A DNA stretch of 34,696 bases, from the UHGV virus genome UHGV-0412376. One strand, given 5' to 3'. The notes below the pieces were generated by a model. It worked only from the letters and a program-made list of their open reading frames with translations, was not told the origin of the DNA and ran no database searches. Shown piece after piece: positions 24,234 through 33,656 of the stretch. The stretch comes from a virus. Numbering within the stretch: position 1 is the stretch's first letter; every line of letters begins with the position of its first letter. Both the position numbers and the translations under genes were made by a program.

Positions 24234-25748
24234 ATGACTTACCAGGCCCCCTACGCGGCGCGCTACGTTTCCGCCGCCGGCAACCAGATCCAGCTGCTCA
24301 ACCTCTGGGACGATACGCCGGAGCCTCCCCGCTTCGGCGGGTCCATGGAGGCATTTGAAACGTCGCTGGTAGACGGACCGCGAGCGTTCGCGCAGGGGCT
24401 GGGAAGCGCTGTGGAGCAGCGCACCATCGCGTTTTACCGCTGGTTTACGGATTATCAGGATATGGCCTCCTATCAGGAGAACCTGGCGTTGTGGCTGGCC
24501 AGCAATCAGAACGGCTATCTGTACCTGCAGTTCGCCGAACAGCCGCAATGGCGGTTTGCCGCCGTCATCACCGGCTACCAGTTTGAGACGGAGAACTTCG
24601 TTCCTCCGCCGTCTCCCGAAGACGGCTATCTGTGCCTGCTGGTCACGCTGACCATGACGGTCACCGACCGGACCCCGGACAATTCCAACTGGATATTCAG
24701 CGTGACGCCCTCTTCTTTCGACGTTCCCGTCAAGGGAGGCGAATACACCGTTAATGTGGAATCGTCGTTCAGCCCTGGACCGGTAGGTCAGGGGTGGCAG
24801 ATTGCCGACGTTTCCGAAGGATTAACCGTTTCCGATATCGTCAACGGCAACAACGGGACATTCAAGGTTATCGTCGCGGCCAATGAAGGAGACCAGGACA
24901 GGACCATGTTGCTCCAGGTCATTCAGGACGGAACAGGACAGGCTGTTGAGGTTGAATTTCGTCAGCTTCAACCCTCTTACTCATTCAGCCTTGCTCCAAC
25001 CCAGGTACAGGTTCCCGTTACTGGCGGAAGCTACCAGGTCCAGGTGACTTCCTATTATGACCCGGGAGCAGTCAGCGTTGACTGGACGCCCAATTCTCCC
25101 AGCTCTTCCGTTGTCATTTCCGATATCACGAACGGAAATAACGGGTCATTCACGTTAACCGCGGCGCCCAATGAAGGAGCGGCCGGCTCCGTCGTCGTTT
25201 CCGCGACACAGGCGGATTCCGGTTTAAAACAGACAATCCGCGTATTGAGGGCAGGACTGGTCACCCGAAATCATCAGCTTCCCCCGCCCGGAGGGGAATA
25301 CTCGGATAATCCGATGAGTTATTCCTCATGGAGGTTTATTCCCTCGGACGTTTATCCGGACTTCCCGGAAGGCAACCCCGAAGGAAAGGGACTGACGCTG
25401 CAGGAAATCATCACGACGAACCCCACCAGCTCCAATTCCGGCACGTTAACGCTTTACCGGGTGGAAAACGGGTCTGCCTCTCTTCTGGCGACCAGCAGCG
25501 AGGCGGTTTCCACCGGAGAGGGCGGAAACGTGAAATGGACGTTTTCTCCCGGCGTGGAAATCCGCTCGGACTGGCAGCTGGTCGTGGAAAACCAGAACGG
25601 AATCTATGAGCAGCATGCCATGCTGGAAAGCCCCCAGTCATTTGACGGTCTCGGAGACGAGGCCTACCCCGCGGCAGCCACGGCGGCCGGGCGTACGTTC
25701 GGATTATCCCTCGTCATCCGCTACACTTCCACCGAATACCCATCTTAA
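24234..25748 (+). CDS. Structural protein with two tandem Ig-like/BACON-like domains.
   Basis: The two internal repeats are FSVTPSSFDVPVKGGEYTVNVESS...SDIVNGNNGTFKVIVAANEG and FSLAPTQVQVPVTGGSYQVQVTSY...SDITNGNNGSFTLTAAPNEG. It lies upstream of the chaperone-like gene and the tape measure. Confidence 0.55.
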   Translation: MTYQAPYAARYVSAAGNQIQLLNLWDDTPEPPRFGGSMEAFETSLVDGPRAFAQGLGSAVEQRTIAFYRWFTDYQDMASYQENLALWLASNQNGYLYLQFAEQPQWRFAAVITGYQFETENFVPPPSPEDGYLCLLVTLTMTVTDRTPDNSNWIFSVTPSSFDVPVKGGEYTVNVESSFSPGPVGQGWQIADVSEGLTVSDIVNGNNGTFKVIVAANEGDQDRTMLLQVIQDGTGQAVEVEFRQLQPSYSFSLAPTQVQVPVTGGSYQVQVTSYYDPGAVSVDWTPNSPSSSVVISDITNGNNGSFTLTAAPNEGAAGSVVVSATQADSGLKQTIRVLRAGLVTRNHQLPPPGGEYSDNPMSYSSWRFIPSDVYPDFPEGNPEGKGLTLQEIITTNPTSSNSGTLTLYRVENGSASLLATSSEAVSTGEGGNVKWTFSPGVEIRSDWQLVVENQNGIYEQHAMLESPQSFDGLGDEAYPAAATAAGRTFGLSLVIRYTSTEYPS

Positions 25749-25762
25749 CAGAATAATCCATC

Positions 25763-26044
25763 ATGAACGAACAACAACAAAACGGAATAGAACGGCTTTT
25801 CGTCGAATTTGCCGAAGAGTGCGGCAAGAACCCGAACCTGAACCAGGCGGTGCAGGAATTGAAGGAAAGCGTCTTTGCTGCCTCTCAAGCCGCCGGCGTC
25901 GATCCTTCCCATGCCTTCGGCGTCATCATCCGCGATATGATGATTCTGGAATCCTTGCAGAAACGCGTGGATGAATCCCGAAACGCCCTCACCGCAGGGA
26001 AACTGCCCGCTTTCGTCATCGAAGAAGCCCGCGCTCAACGATAA
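25763..26044 (+). CDS. Putative tail assembly chaperone.
   Basis: 93-aa acidic ORF immediately upstream of the tape measure. Confidence 0.35.
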   Translation: MNEQQQNGIERLFVEFAEECGKNPNLNQAVQELKESVFAASQAAGVDPSHAFGVIIRDMMILESLQKRVDESRNALTAGKLPAFVIEEARAQR

Positions 26045-26062
26045 CCCTCCACATCTACCACC

Positions 26063-28423
26063 ATGGCAACCAAGAAAGAAATCGAAATCACCCTTAAATC
26101 ATCCTTTGACTCGAAGGGCGTGGAAGAGGCCCGCAAGCAAATTGAATCCCTTAGGAACGCCGGGAAGCCATCTTCGGGGCAAAATACCAATACCAATGCC
26201 GATGACCAGGCCAAGGCGTTGGAAAAAGAAGCCCAGGCGGAAGAACGGAGGCAGAAGAAAGCCCAGGAAGCAGCTGACGCTATCGAACAATCCAGACGAA
26301 GGGAAAAAGCGGCCTTAAATGAACTTGTGTCTGAATTGGAAAAATATCAGGCAGCCCTGAAAAAGGCGACGCAGCAGGAAAATCATCCCGACCGTCTAAA
26401 AGCTCTGAAGAATATTGATGAGCTGGAGAAAAGGATTTCCGCATTGACAAGGGCACAGGAACGGGAAGCGCAGGCGGCGGAAAAAGCAGCGCGAGCGGAA
26501 GCGCAGGCGGCGGAAAAAAGCCGAGCTCTCAACCAGTCCACTCAACAACTTGATAAGGGGAGCCAGCAGGCAACCCGGAGCGTGAAGAATATGGGGCAGG
26601 GAATGCTGCAGGTTGCCTATTTCATGGATGACGTGCAGTATGGCATCAAGGGCATCCTGAACAATATTCCTGGTCTTGTGATGGGCTTCGGAGGCGGGGC
26701 AGGGCTGGCCGGGGCTGTCTCCATTGCCGTGTTAGCCGGCGCGAAGCTTTACGAGTGGATGGGAAACACGGAAGCAAAATCCAAAGAACTCGCTAAGGCC
26801 CTTGAACAACAAAATGAAGCCATTGAGGAATCCCAGAAAATCGTCGCGTCCTTCAATAATGAGGCGGCTTTAAAGACGTCCAATGATTTGACGGCAAAAA
26901 TAGCAGGAAACCGAAAAGAAGAAGCCCAGGCATTAAAAGAATCTGTACGGGAGCAGCAGCGTTTGCTGGACCTGCAATCAAAGATTCTGGACAATCAGGA
27001 TCAGGCGGATTTGTTGAAACTGGAAACTGATTACTATAGCGGGGCGTTCGGCGATCCTGAAAGTTTTTCCGCGCGTTTGTTCTTTGAAGGCAAACAGGAA
27101 GACATCAGACTTCGAGCCCGTGCCCGGCATCGACAAGAACAGGAAGAATCCGCCAGAATCAATGTATCTAACGCGGAAAGGGATTTAGCGTCAAAAACCG
27201 AAGCCACCAACAGAAACAGCGAACGTTTGGGAGGATTGCAGGACCAGAATATTTTATCCTACCAGGAACGGGAAAAGCTCAATGGCGAAATCCTTAATGC
27301 GGAAAAACAAATATTTGATAACTTGCTTTCTATAGCCAAAACCACACGGAATGCCGCTGAACTAACAGGAAATTTTAAGGGATTTGGAAGAATATCAGAC
27401 GACGATCTTCAAGGTTGGATTAAGCAATTAATTGAAAATGGAGGTAATACAAGTGTTTTAAAAAATACATTTTTTCAAGGAGTTAGTGCACATAATTCCA
27501 ACGTCTTTAGAACGGCTCCAAAGTTAATGGAAGACGTTCTATCCATAGGAAATGGCAGGGTGCAGTTAGATCGCCTGAACGCTTTAAGAAAACAAAGGAC
27601 GGATTCTGACAACGCGCTTGTCGATGCAGGATATGACGTCAGCACGGATGATGCGTTGCGTGAAGCATATAAGAACAGAGACAAAGCGGTAGAACAGGCG
27701 CAGGAATCGCTTAAAAAGGCGATAGAAGATCAAACGGAAGCGGAGAAATCTTTAACTACAAGCACGCAACAGCTTGAAGAAGTCCGAAAAATAAATGCTT
27801 CCGAAGAAAAAATTGACGAAGCGCAGCGGGAGAGGAACGAGGCTGTGGAACAGCAAAAAAGGATTGTCCAGGCACAGAAGGAGAATGAAAACGCTATCAA
27901 AGATCAGATACGGGAAAGGGAAAACGAAGTCCGTGAACTGAAAAAGGAAATCTCCAGGCTCAAAGAGCGAACCAAGAACCAGAGGGACAAACGTGACAAT
28001 ATCATCGAGAACGTTAACCTGGCCGGATTCAGCAAATCGTTGACCGACGCCTTGTCAAGCCCCGATAGAGATGTCAGCGGAAGAGCGCGGGAACGAAAGT
28101 CCAATATTAATGAAGCCTATAGCGCCATCATCAGGTACATCAAAGACGCTTTCAAGGATAACAGGGTCACCGAGAACGAAATGGAGTTTCTCTCGAAAAA
28201 ATTAATGCAGGAACTGTCCTCAAGAGGCGAGAATAAAATCACCTATGCACAAACGCTTGATTTAGTGAAACGCATCATTGCCCTGGTAGAAAAGGGATCT
28301 TCCGACGGAAATCAATATCGTGCCGCGATCAAATCCATGGAGGCACGAGTTCAACGGCTCGAAAAAGAGTCCCAGGCACAGAAAACCGGTCTCAATATGG
28401 TGGCAGGCTGGTTCGTATCTTGA
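26063..28423 (+). CDS. Tape measure protein.
   Basis: 786-aa coiled-coil-rich protein with a central hydrophobic/glycine segment (GLVMGFGGGAGLAGAVSIAVLAGAKL). It also contains an internal tandem DNA repeat (GCGCAGGCGGCGGAAAAA x2). Confidence 0.75.
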   Translation: MATKKEIEITLKSSFDSKGVEEARKQIESLRNAGKPSSGQNTNTNADDQAKALEKEAQAEERRQKKAQEAADAIEQSRRREKAALNELVSELEKYQAALKKATQQENHPDRLKALKNIDELEKRISALTRAQEREAQAAEKAARAEAQAAEKSRALNQSTQQLDKGSQQATRSVKNMGQGMLQVAYFMDDVQYGIKGILNNIPGLVMGFGGGAGLAGAVSIAVLAGAKLYEWMGNTEAKSKELAKALEQQNEAIEESQKIVASFNNEAALKTSNDLTAKIAGNRKEEAQALKESVREQQRLLDLQSKILDNQDQADLLKLETDYYSGAFGDPESFSARLFFEGKQEDIRLRARARHRQEQEESARINVSNAERDLASKTEATNRNSERLGGLQDQNILSYQEREKLNGEILNAEKQIFDNLLSIAKTTRNAAELTGNFKGFGRISDDDLQGWIKQLIENGGNTSVLKNTFFQGVSAHNSNVFRTAPKLMEDVLSIGNGRVQLDRLNALRKQRTDSDNALVDAGYDVSTDDALREAYKNRDKAVEQAQESLKKAIEDQTEAEKSLTTSTQQLEEVRKINASEEKIDEAQRERNEAVEQQKRIVQAQKENENAIKDQIRERENEVRELKKEISRLKERTKNQRDKRDNIIENVNLAGFSKSLTDALSSPDRDVSGRARERKSNINEAYSAIIRYIKDAFKDNRVTENEMEFLSKKLMQELSSRGENKITYAQTLDLVKRIIALVEKGSSDGNQYRAAIKSMEARVQRLEKESQAQKTGLNMVAGWFVS

Positions 28424-28456
28424 CATTTTTGGATAATCACGTATCAGAATGGGGAC

Positions 28457-29047
28457 ATGTATTATTTCTATACGTCCGAGGGACAAACGGAAGGTCCGGT
28501 TTCGATGGAGGTGCTGGAAGATTATTTCTCCCAGAAAAAGATCAACGCGAAAACCATGATTTTTCAAGAGGGGGGGCAAGAATGGGAAGAGTTCGAGAAA
28601 GTGGTAGCAAAATATCGTAGTAATCAACTACCGTCATATTTAACTGGCATCAAATGGATAGGGATAGTAGCATTAATTGTTGTTATTGTTGCCATCATTG
28701 GTTATGTAGGATTAGTAGGCTTATTGTTAGAGATAGGTGTTGTTTGCCTTTTAATCATTGGTGCAATAAGAATCTATAAAATGAAACCAGCAGCCACCGA
28801 AAAACAAAAACAAACGAGTCAGACAACCCTTATAGGTTATTATTTCCCTATGATAGGGGGATTTGTAGCTGTTGCTGGAATCATCGGATTTTTTGTTTGT
28901 ATAGCAAATGAATTGGTCGGTTTGTCCATTGCCTGTCTTTTATCTGGATTCTTTTCGTTAATGTTTTTCCTGTGGATGGGGCAAATTTACGACCGGATTG
29001 CGGAATGCGTCCATATCTTGAAAAACATGCAGGACAGGAATAAATAG
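28457..29047 (+). CDS. Membrane protein with an N-terminal DUF4339/GYF-like domain and four TM helices, encoded in an AT-rich moron.
   Basis: N-terminus YYFYTSEGQTEGPVSMEVLEDYFSQKKINAKTMIFQEGGQEWEEF matches the DUF4339 pattern (YY..G...GP.....L....G......W.eG...W). Four hydrophobic helices follow. The region is about 40% GC. Confidence 0.6.
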   Translation: MYYFYTSEGQTEGPVSMEVLEDYFSQKKINAKTMIFQEGGQEWEEFEKVVAKYRSNQLPSYLTGIKWIGIVALIVVIVAIIGYVGLVGLLLEIGVVCLLIIGAIRIYKMKPAATEKQKQTSQTTLIGYYFPMIGGFVAVAGIIGFFVCIANELVGLSIACLLSGFFSLMFFLWMGQIYDRIAECVHILKNMQDRNK

Positions 29048-29098
29048 AACCTTAACCTTTTTACAAGCAGCAGGAACCACGACATCACCATCAATGAT

Positions 29099-31255
29099 TT
29101 GCTAGCTCTCAAACCGTCGAGCCTCAATCACGCGCAAAGAAGCTTTTCCACCTCCACCATTACCGCGGTTTATCCCGTCCGCACCTTGGACGAGGTCTTG
29201 CCCTTCCAGCAATTCGACACCGTCACCATCTCCCAAAACGGGAACACCATTCTTGCGGGCCTCGTTTCCAGCATCGAAAAGACCTACAGCGGTTCATCCC
29301 GTGCCTGGAAAATCGTCTTTTCCGATCCCTGGTATTACCTGGACAACTGCTTTGCCCTGGATTCCGAATGGAAGCCGGTCTTTTCGATGTGGCAAAGCAC
29401 CGGCGGCGGGAATGAAATCATTCCTAAAATAAGCATTTCCTCCGCCCTTTCCCGGGTGCTGAACCTGGCCAAACACCACCCCGCGGACTACGAACTGCGG
29501 ATCAGCGACGACAAAATGCTGATCCCGTGGAACGCCTCATGCGACACCCTTGGAAGTCTGCTCCAATCCATCCGCCACTGGTCGCCCCGCATGGTCACGT
29601 ACTACGACTACAGCGGCGCACGCCCCAAGCTGATCATCACGGACTATGACGTCCTGACGCCTATCTCCCTGCCATTGCAGCCGACGACGACAATCAAGTC
29701 CATGGATGTATCCCTGGTCCCCCGGGCCGACCTCGTGCCTCCCTGCGTGGCGATTGTCGCCGAAACCACCGGAAGCAACGGCTATCGCGTCTCTTACCTG
29801 TCCAAATACCCGGAAGACGGAGACCCGACCTTGCCGCATTCCATCGTTTACCGAACGTCCGTAGACTTCTATTATTCTAAGTTTAATTCTACAGGGGAAC
29901 CGGTAGAAGATCCTCAACCGGTACAGGGAACCAGGGCCGGCAGCCTGTCCTACCAGCGCATGAAAGTGACGGGGACCCGGATTGACCAGAACGACATGAT
30001 CAACAGTTTCTGGAAGAATCATTTCCCCTGGATGAAAGACGTTGGAGCCATTGCGGCCTATGACCCAACACCGCAAATCACCGGGAAGCCCTGGGACGGA
30101 ACGGAGGAAGACAAACCGAAAGGCTATAATATCACGGCCACGGGCTATGAACTGACTGACGGTCAAATTCATACCAAATCCATCCGGCCGCAGTGGTGCA
30201 ATGCCACCATCAAGCAGCGTCTCGCCATCCCGGAAAGCGCCCCTGCCAAGTGGCGGGAGAAATTCAAGAATGTGGGGACCTTGCAGGGTGTGCCCTGCTT
30301 TTGGGAAGAATTCTCGGTGGATCTGGTCACCATGGACCGCCCCTTTGCGAGCTACCCCATCGACGGCATCTACAACGGGGAGCAGCCCTCCAACGGGCCG
30401 GAAGAAGGGGAATCGCCCCAACCCTCGGAAGGCGTTCCCTATGGGGACATTGCCAAAACGGTATGGGAATCCATGCAGGAATTGCCGTGGGACGGATCTA
30501 TTTCCTTTGTCGCGCTTGGCGAAGCGCAGACGCGCCAATACATTGGCCGGCGCGTCTCGCTGCTGGGAGGAAACCCCGCTTGGCAGAACATCAACACCAT
30601 GATTCAGACGGTGAACCGCGACCTGCAGACCAACGTCATTACGTTGTCCTATGGAGCTTTGAACTATTTAAGCATTGAAGACTGGATAAGATTGAGGAGC
30701 ATCAACGCCAAATCTCGCGAGTCTTCCACGCTGGAAAACATGCAGGGCGCGCCGGAATCGACGGAATACGCCTTTGACCCCAAGCCGGAATCTCCGACCA
30801 TCAGCCAGCATATTACCAAGTCCACCGGAGAAGCCACGCCCGCGCCGGAATACGGCTTCCAGGTGCGGGTGCAGAAAGATACGGAGGGAGCCATCACCGG
30901 GGCGCAGATGAAGCCCGGCGCGCTCTACCTGAACGGCTCGCTGCTCGGCAAATACCCGCAGGGGGGCGGTTCCGGTTCCTCGTGGGTAACTATCCCCCAA
31001 ACCAGCGGGGAAGTATGGCTCAACGTCCACTTTGACAAGAACGCCAAATTGACGGGCGTGGATGTCTCGGGCATCCCGGGCCCAGTCTATCCGATTCCTC
31101 TTATGGACTACTCTTTAGGAGAGCCTCCTGATCTCAACTACGATTATGCTTTTCAAATTGCCGACATTGAAGACGACCAGGTGACGCAGTACGCGCTGGG
31201 CATGATTCAGGTACCCGTCTTCGGAGGCACCTTCTACCCTTACGGACCAGCTTAA
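29099..31255 (+). CDS. Large distal tail / tail-tip (host-specificity) protein.
   Basis: 718-aa ORF after the tape measure, with a TTG start. It is beta-rich and ends in a Gly-rich C-terminus. Confidence 0.55.
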   Translation: MLALKPSSLNHAQRSFSTSTITAVYPVRTLDEVLPFQQFDTVTISQNGNTILAGLVSSIEKTYSGSSRAWKIVFSDPWYYLDNCFALDSEWKPVFSMWQSTGGGNEIIPKISISSALSRVLNLAKHHPADYELRISDDKMLIPWNASCDTLGSLLQSIRHWSPRMVTYYDYSGARPKLIITDYDVLTPISLPLQPTTTIKSMDVSLVPRADLVPPCVAIVAETTGSNGYRVSYLSKYPEDGDPTLPHSIVYRTSVDFYYSKFNSTGEPVEDPQPVQGTRAGSLSYQRMKVTGTRIDQNDMINSFWKNHFPWMKDVGAIAAYDPTPQITGKPWDGTEEDKPKGYNITATGYELTDGQIHTKSIRPQWCNATIKQRLAIPESAPAKWREKFKNVGTLQGVPCFWEEFSVDLVTMDRPFASYPIDGIYNGEQPSNGPEEGESPQPSEGVPYGDIAKTVWESMQELPWDGSISFVALGEAQTRQYIGRRVSLLGGNPAWQNINTMIQTVNRDLQTNVITLSYGALNYLSIEDWIRLRSINAKSRESSTLENMQGAPESTEYAFDPKPESPTISQHITKSTGEATPAPEYGFQVRVQKDTEGAITGAQMKPGALYLNGSLLGKYPQGGGSGSSWVTIPQTSGEVWLNVHFDKNAKLTGVDVSGIPGPVYPIPLMDYSLGEPPDLNYDYAFQIADIEDDQVTQYALGMIQVPVFGGTFYPYGPA

Positions 31256-31263
31256 CAAACACC

Positions 31264-32019
31264 ATGATCAGAATCTATCTATTCACCTATGCCGGAGACG
31301 CGGATGAAGCCCTAGTTTGCGTACAATGCGCAGCCGCGGCTCTGCCTGAAGCTGTCATTACGGTTGTGGACGACAGCGCCGCTCCGCTTCCTGAACGCGT
31401 CAGATCCGTCCTTATGTTAACCGGGGCAAGGTATTGTCAAACCGGCTGGACAAGGAACGGCAACCTGCGCGGCCCGGAATGCGTCCGGGGCATCATTTCC
31501 ACGCTGGCCGGGGAAGCGGAGGATGAAGACGTCATCGTCAAAATCGACTCCGACACGCTCCTGTTGTCGGGCGGCTGGATCCTCGACATGCAGCGCAACG
31601 GGCTGGCGTTGCACGCCTCCGGCTACCAGGTCCCCAGCCACCCGTCCGAACGCTCCGCCTATGGGCCGTGTTACGCGATCAGCGGACGGGCGGCCAGACT
31701 GGCGGCTGAGGAACTGATGCAGGCTGACATCCCCGCGCTTGCTCCCGAAGACCTGACGATCTGCCGTACCATCCAGGGGCTCTTTCCCCAGGAGCGGATC
31801 AGGCTTGACGAACCTTGGACGCCCTTCAACAGGGAAGGGAAGTGGACAGCCTGGAACTGGTTCAGCATCGCCGTAACGCCGAAAAAATACGCCGAATTCT
31901 GGATGGTCACCTTCGGCAACCCGCGCCCTACGAACATTCCCAAATCCGAGCGCGCCCGCGCCATGGACGCCTTGTACCGTTACCGGTTCCACAAGGAAGA
32001 AGACGGATCATCTTGTTGA
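31264..32019 (+). CDS. Glycosyltransferase-like protein (GT-A fold, GT8-like N-terminus, DxD motif); a lysogenic-conversion candidate.
   Basis: MIRIYLFTYAGDADEALVCV resembles GT8 N-termini, and VIVKIDSDTLLL looks like a DxD motif. It lies between the last tail gene and the integrase, a typical moron hot-spot. Confidence 0.35.
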   Translation: MIRIYLFTYAGDADEALVCVQCAAAALPEAVITVVDDSAAPLPERVRSVLMLTGARYCQTGWTRNGNLRGPECVRGIISTLAGEAEDEDVIVKIDSDTLLLSGGWILDMQRNGLALHASGYQVPSHPSERSAYGPCYAISGRAARLAAEELMQADIPALAPEDLTICRTIQGLFPQERIRLDEPWTPFNREGKWTAWNWFSIAVTPKKYAEFWMVTFGNPRPTNIPKSERARAMDALYRYRFHKEEDGSSC

Positions 32020-32052
32020 TGTCAACAAAATGATCGTCTTAGGGAAGGAAGG

Positions 32053-33240
32053 CTAACGGGCCAGTCCGACGGCAATCTTGCTCATGGCCTCCTGAACGTC
32101 CGCCGAATCCGGGCGGAAATACACCCGTTCAATCTCTTCGGAGTCGTGGCCGACGATGAAGCGGCACAAATCCGGGGACACACCGGCCAGGCGCAGGACG
32201 GTCACGGCGGTCGCCCGTAGGCTGTGGAAGCTCTTTTCCGAAAGCCGGTGCCGGTCGCCTCTCACTTCCCCGGGCATCTCTCGGATGATTCCGTACGTTT
32301 TCAATAACGTCGTGAACTCCGTGGAAAGCTTGTCGGAACGTCCGCCGGCATGGGCATGGCGAAGCGCGGCCAGGGGAAACACATAATCGTTCACCCGGTT
32401 GACCAGACGCCTTTCCAGAACCTCTTTCAAGGGTTGGATGATCGGCTTGTTCATGCGGCGCCGGCTCTTCTGCGTGGTCATGAACAGGAAGGAGTTCTTC
32501 AGGTCAATCTGGTCCCATTTCAGCGTCGCCAGGTCTCCGAGGCGCTGTCCTCCGGTGTAGAGGCACACCCGCACCAGATCCGGCCATTCATCCGGGAACC
32601 GTTCAATGATGGTGTTCACTTCCTCCATGGTGAAGGCGCCGCGCAACTGCTTTTCCGCCTGGTGGTCCGCCCGGGAAGGCATGACGCCCCGGAACGGATT
32701 CCGGGAAAGGATCTCCCGGTCTACAGCGATATTGAACGCGGTGGACAGCGTGGACACATAGCGGATGACGGTTCCGGCGGAAACGCGCTCCATTTCCGTT
32801 TCTACAAAATCCTTCGCCATCCCTTTATTCAGGGCGGCCAGCGGCATATTCCGCCGGTCCCCCAGGAACGCCAGAAGCCGGCGGACGGCCATGCCGTCCC
32901 GCTCATAGGCCCGCTTCTTGTTTTTCCTCCCGTCCAGCCAGTCAAAAAGGAACCGCGTCACCGTCATGCCGTTCATGGTGGCTTTCAGCACGCCGGCCTG
33001 GTCCCCGGCAATGGCCTTCACCTTGTCCAGGTCAAAAACCCCGTACCGGGCTTCTTTCTCCATCTCCTGGGCCACCAGCCGCGCCCGTGCTTCATTCTGG
33101 GACATGACCGATTTCTTATTGGCTCCCGGAAGAAGCGCCTTGGGAACCACGTCGATGCCGGTGGTCTTCCGAAGCTCTTTGCCGTCCAGGGAGCGGAAGA
33201 CGGCCACCCATTTGTTGTTGCGTTTGATGATGCCTGCCAT
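32053..33240 (-). CDS. int: Tyrosine-type phage integrase.
   Basis: C-terminal catalytic signature: ...LGDLATLKWDQIDL..., FHSLRATAV (HxLR) and GHDSEEIERVYFRPD (catalytic Tyr). It occupies the terminal position on the opposite strand. Confidence 0.9.
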   Translation of the reverse strand: MAGIIKRNNKWVAVFRSLDGKELRKTTGIDVVPKALLPGANKKSVMSQNEARARLVAQEMEKEARYGVFDLDKVKAIAGDQAGVLKATMNGMTVTRFLFDWLDGRKNKKRAYERDGMAVRRLLAFLGDRRNMPLAALNKGMAKDFVETEMERVSAGTVIRYVSTLSTAFNIAVDREILSRNPFRGVMPSRADHQAEKQLRGAFTMEEVNTIIERFPDEWPDLVRVCLYTGGQRLGDLATLKWDQIDLKNSFLFMTTQKSRRRMNKPIIQPLKEVLERRLVNRVNDYVFPLAALRHAHAGGRSDKLSTEFTTLLKTYGIIREMPGEVRGDRHRLSEKSFHSLRATAVTVLRLAGVSPDLCRFIVGHDSEEIERVYFRPDSADVQEAMSKIAVGLAR

Positions 33241-33245
33241 AGTGC

Positions 33246-33282
33246 TGTACAGTCCTTAGACAATGTACAGTCGCATGTACAG
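33246..33282. repeat. Three TGTACAG repeats at 33246, 33264 and 33276, immediately 5' of the integrase start. A fourth copy lies at 33429.
   Basis: Read directly from the sequence. The core TGTACA is palindromic. These are candidate integrase arm-type sites, an operator, or the att core region. Confidence 0.4.
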
Positions 33283-33531
33283 GGCGCTTTTTTCTGTCAG
33301 GCGCTTTCAGGTGCGCTCAAAACTGCGCAAAATGTAGGAAAATCAAGGGTCATTCCGTCACGTGCTGACGAGAATTGGCATCGCGTACGGGATTTAGCGT
33401 CTTGTCCATAAGTTTTTAACGGGTCACCTGTACAGCATACCGTATAGCACTGCCAGAAAGCCGCATCCACGGATGCAGGAGTATGTAAAGGGAGACATGT
33501 CATGACACAGAAAAAATGAACCCTCGCACAT

Positions 33532-33562
33532 AAAAACCGCCCGCGTCTCCCGACGCAGGCGG
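33532..33562 (-). terminator. Rho-independent terminator for - strand transcripts entering from the right.
   Basis: An 11-bp GC-rich stem with one mismatch (CCGCCCGCGTC...GACGCAGGCGG) and a 4-nt loop. On the - strand it is followed by TTTTT. Confidence 0.5.
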
Positions 33563-33656
33563 AAAAAGAATGAATAGAAAGGATCCTTATTCAGGAAAGC
33601 ACTTTTATATCACATTCTCATCGTTTTTCAATCATTTTGACAGGATTTCCTAGAGA

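Larger units (their letters stand above)
1..33530. mobile_element. Integrated temperate siphovirus-like prophage. The left border is not defined within the window; the right border is near the integrase and attR region.
   Basis: Contiguous + strand phage modules in canonical order (ant, recombination, replication, terminase small/large subunits, portal, capsid, tail, lysis, tape measure), then a - strand tyrosine integrase at 32053-33240. There is a sharp GC drop beyond about 33250. No host housekeeping genes are present. Confidence 0.75.

Noticed and set aside
25971-26318. Possible tail-chaperone frameshift (G-T like) extension product.
   Set aside because: The sequence is a P/R/K-rich reading of the tape measure 5' region in an alternate frame. 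It is +1, not -1, with no slippery heptamer seen, and the tape measure starts 19 nt after the chaperone stop.
26460-26525. Tandem 18-bp repeat GCGCAGGCGGCGGAAAAA x2 in the tape measure.
   Set aside because: It is an in-frame coiled-coil heptad duplication (AQAAEKA...), typical of tape measure length variation, and is not a separate element.
29537-30538. 333-aa - strand ORF inside the tail-tip gene.
   Set aside because: It is antisense to the 718-aa structural gene and shows the same shadow pattern.
32350-33411. 353-aa + strand ORF overlapping the integrase.
   Set aside because: It is antisense to the integrase, which has clear catalytic motifs.
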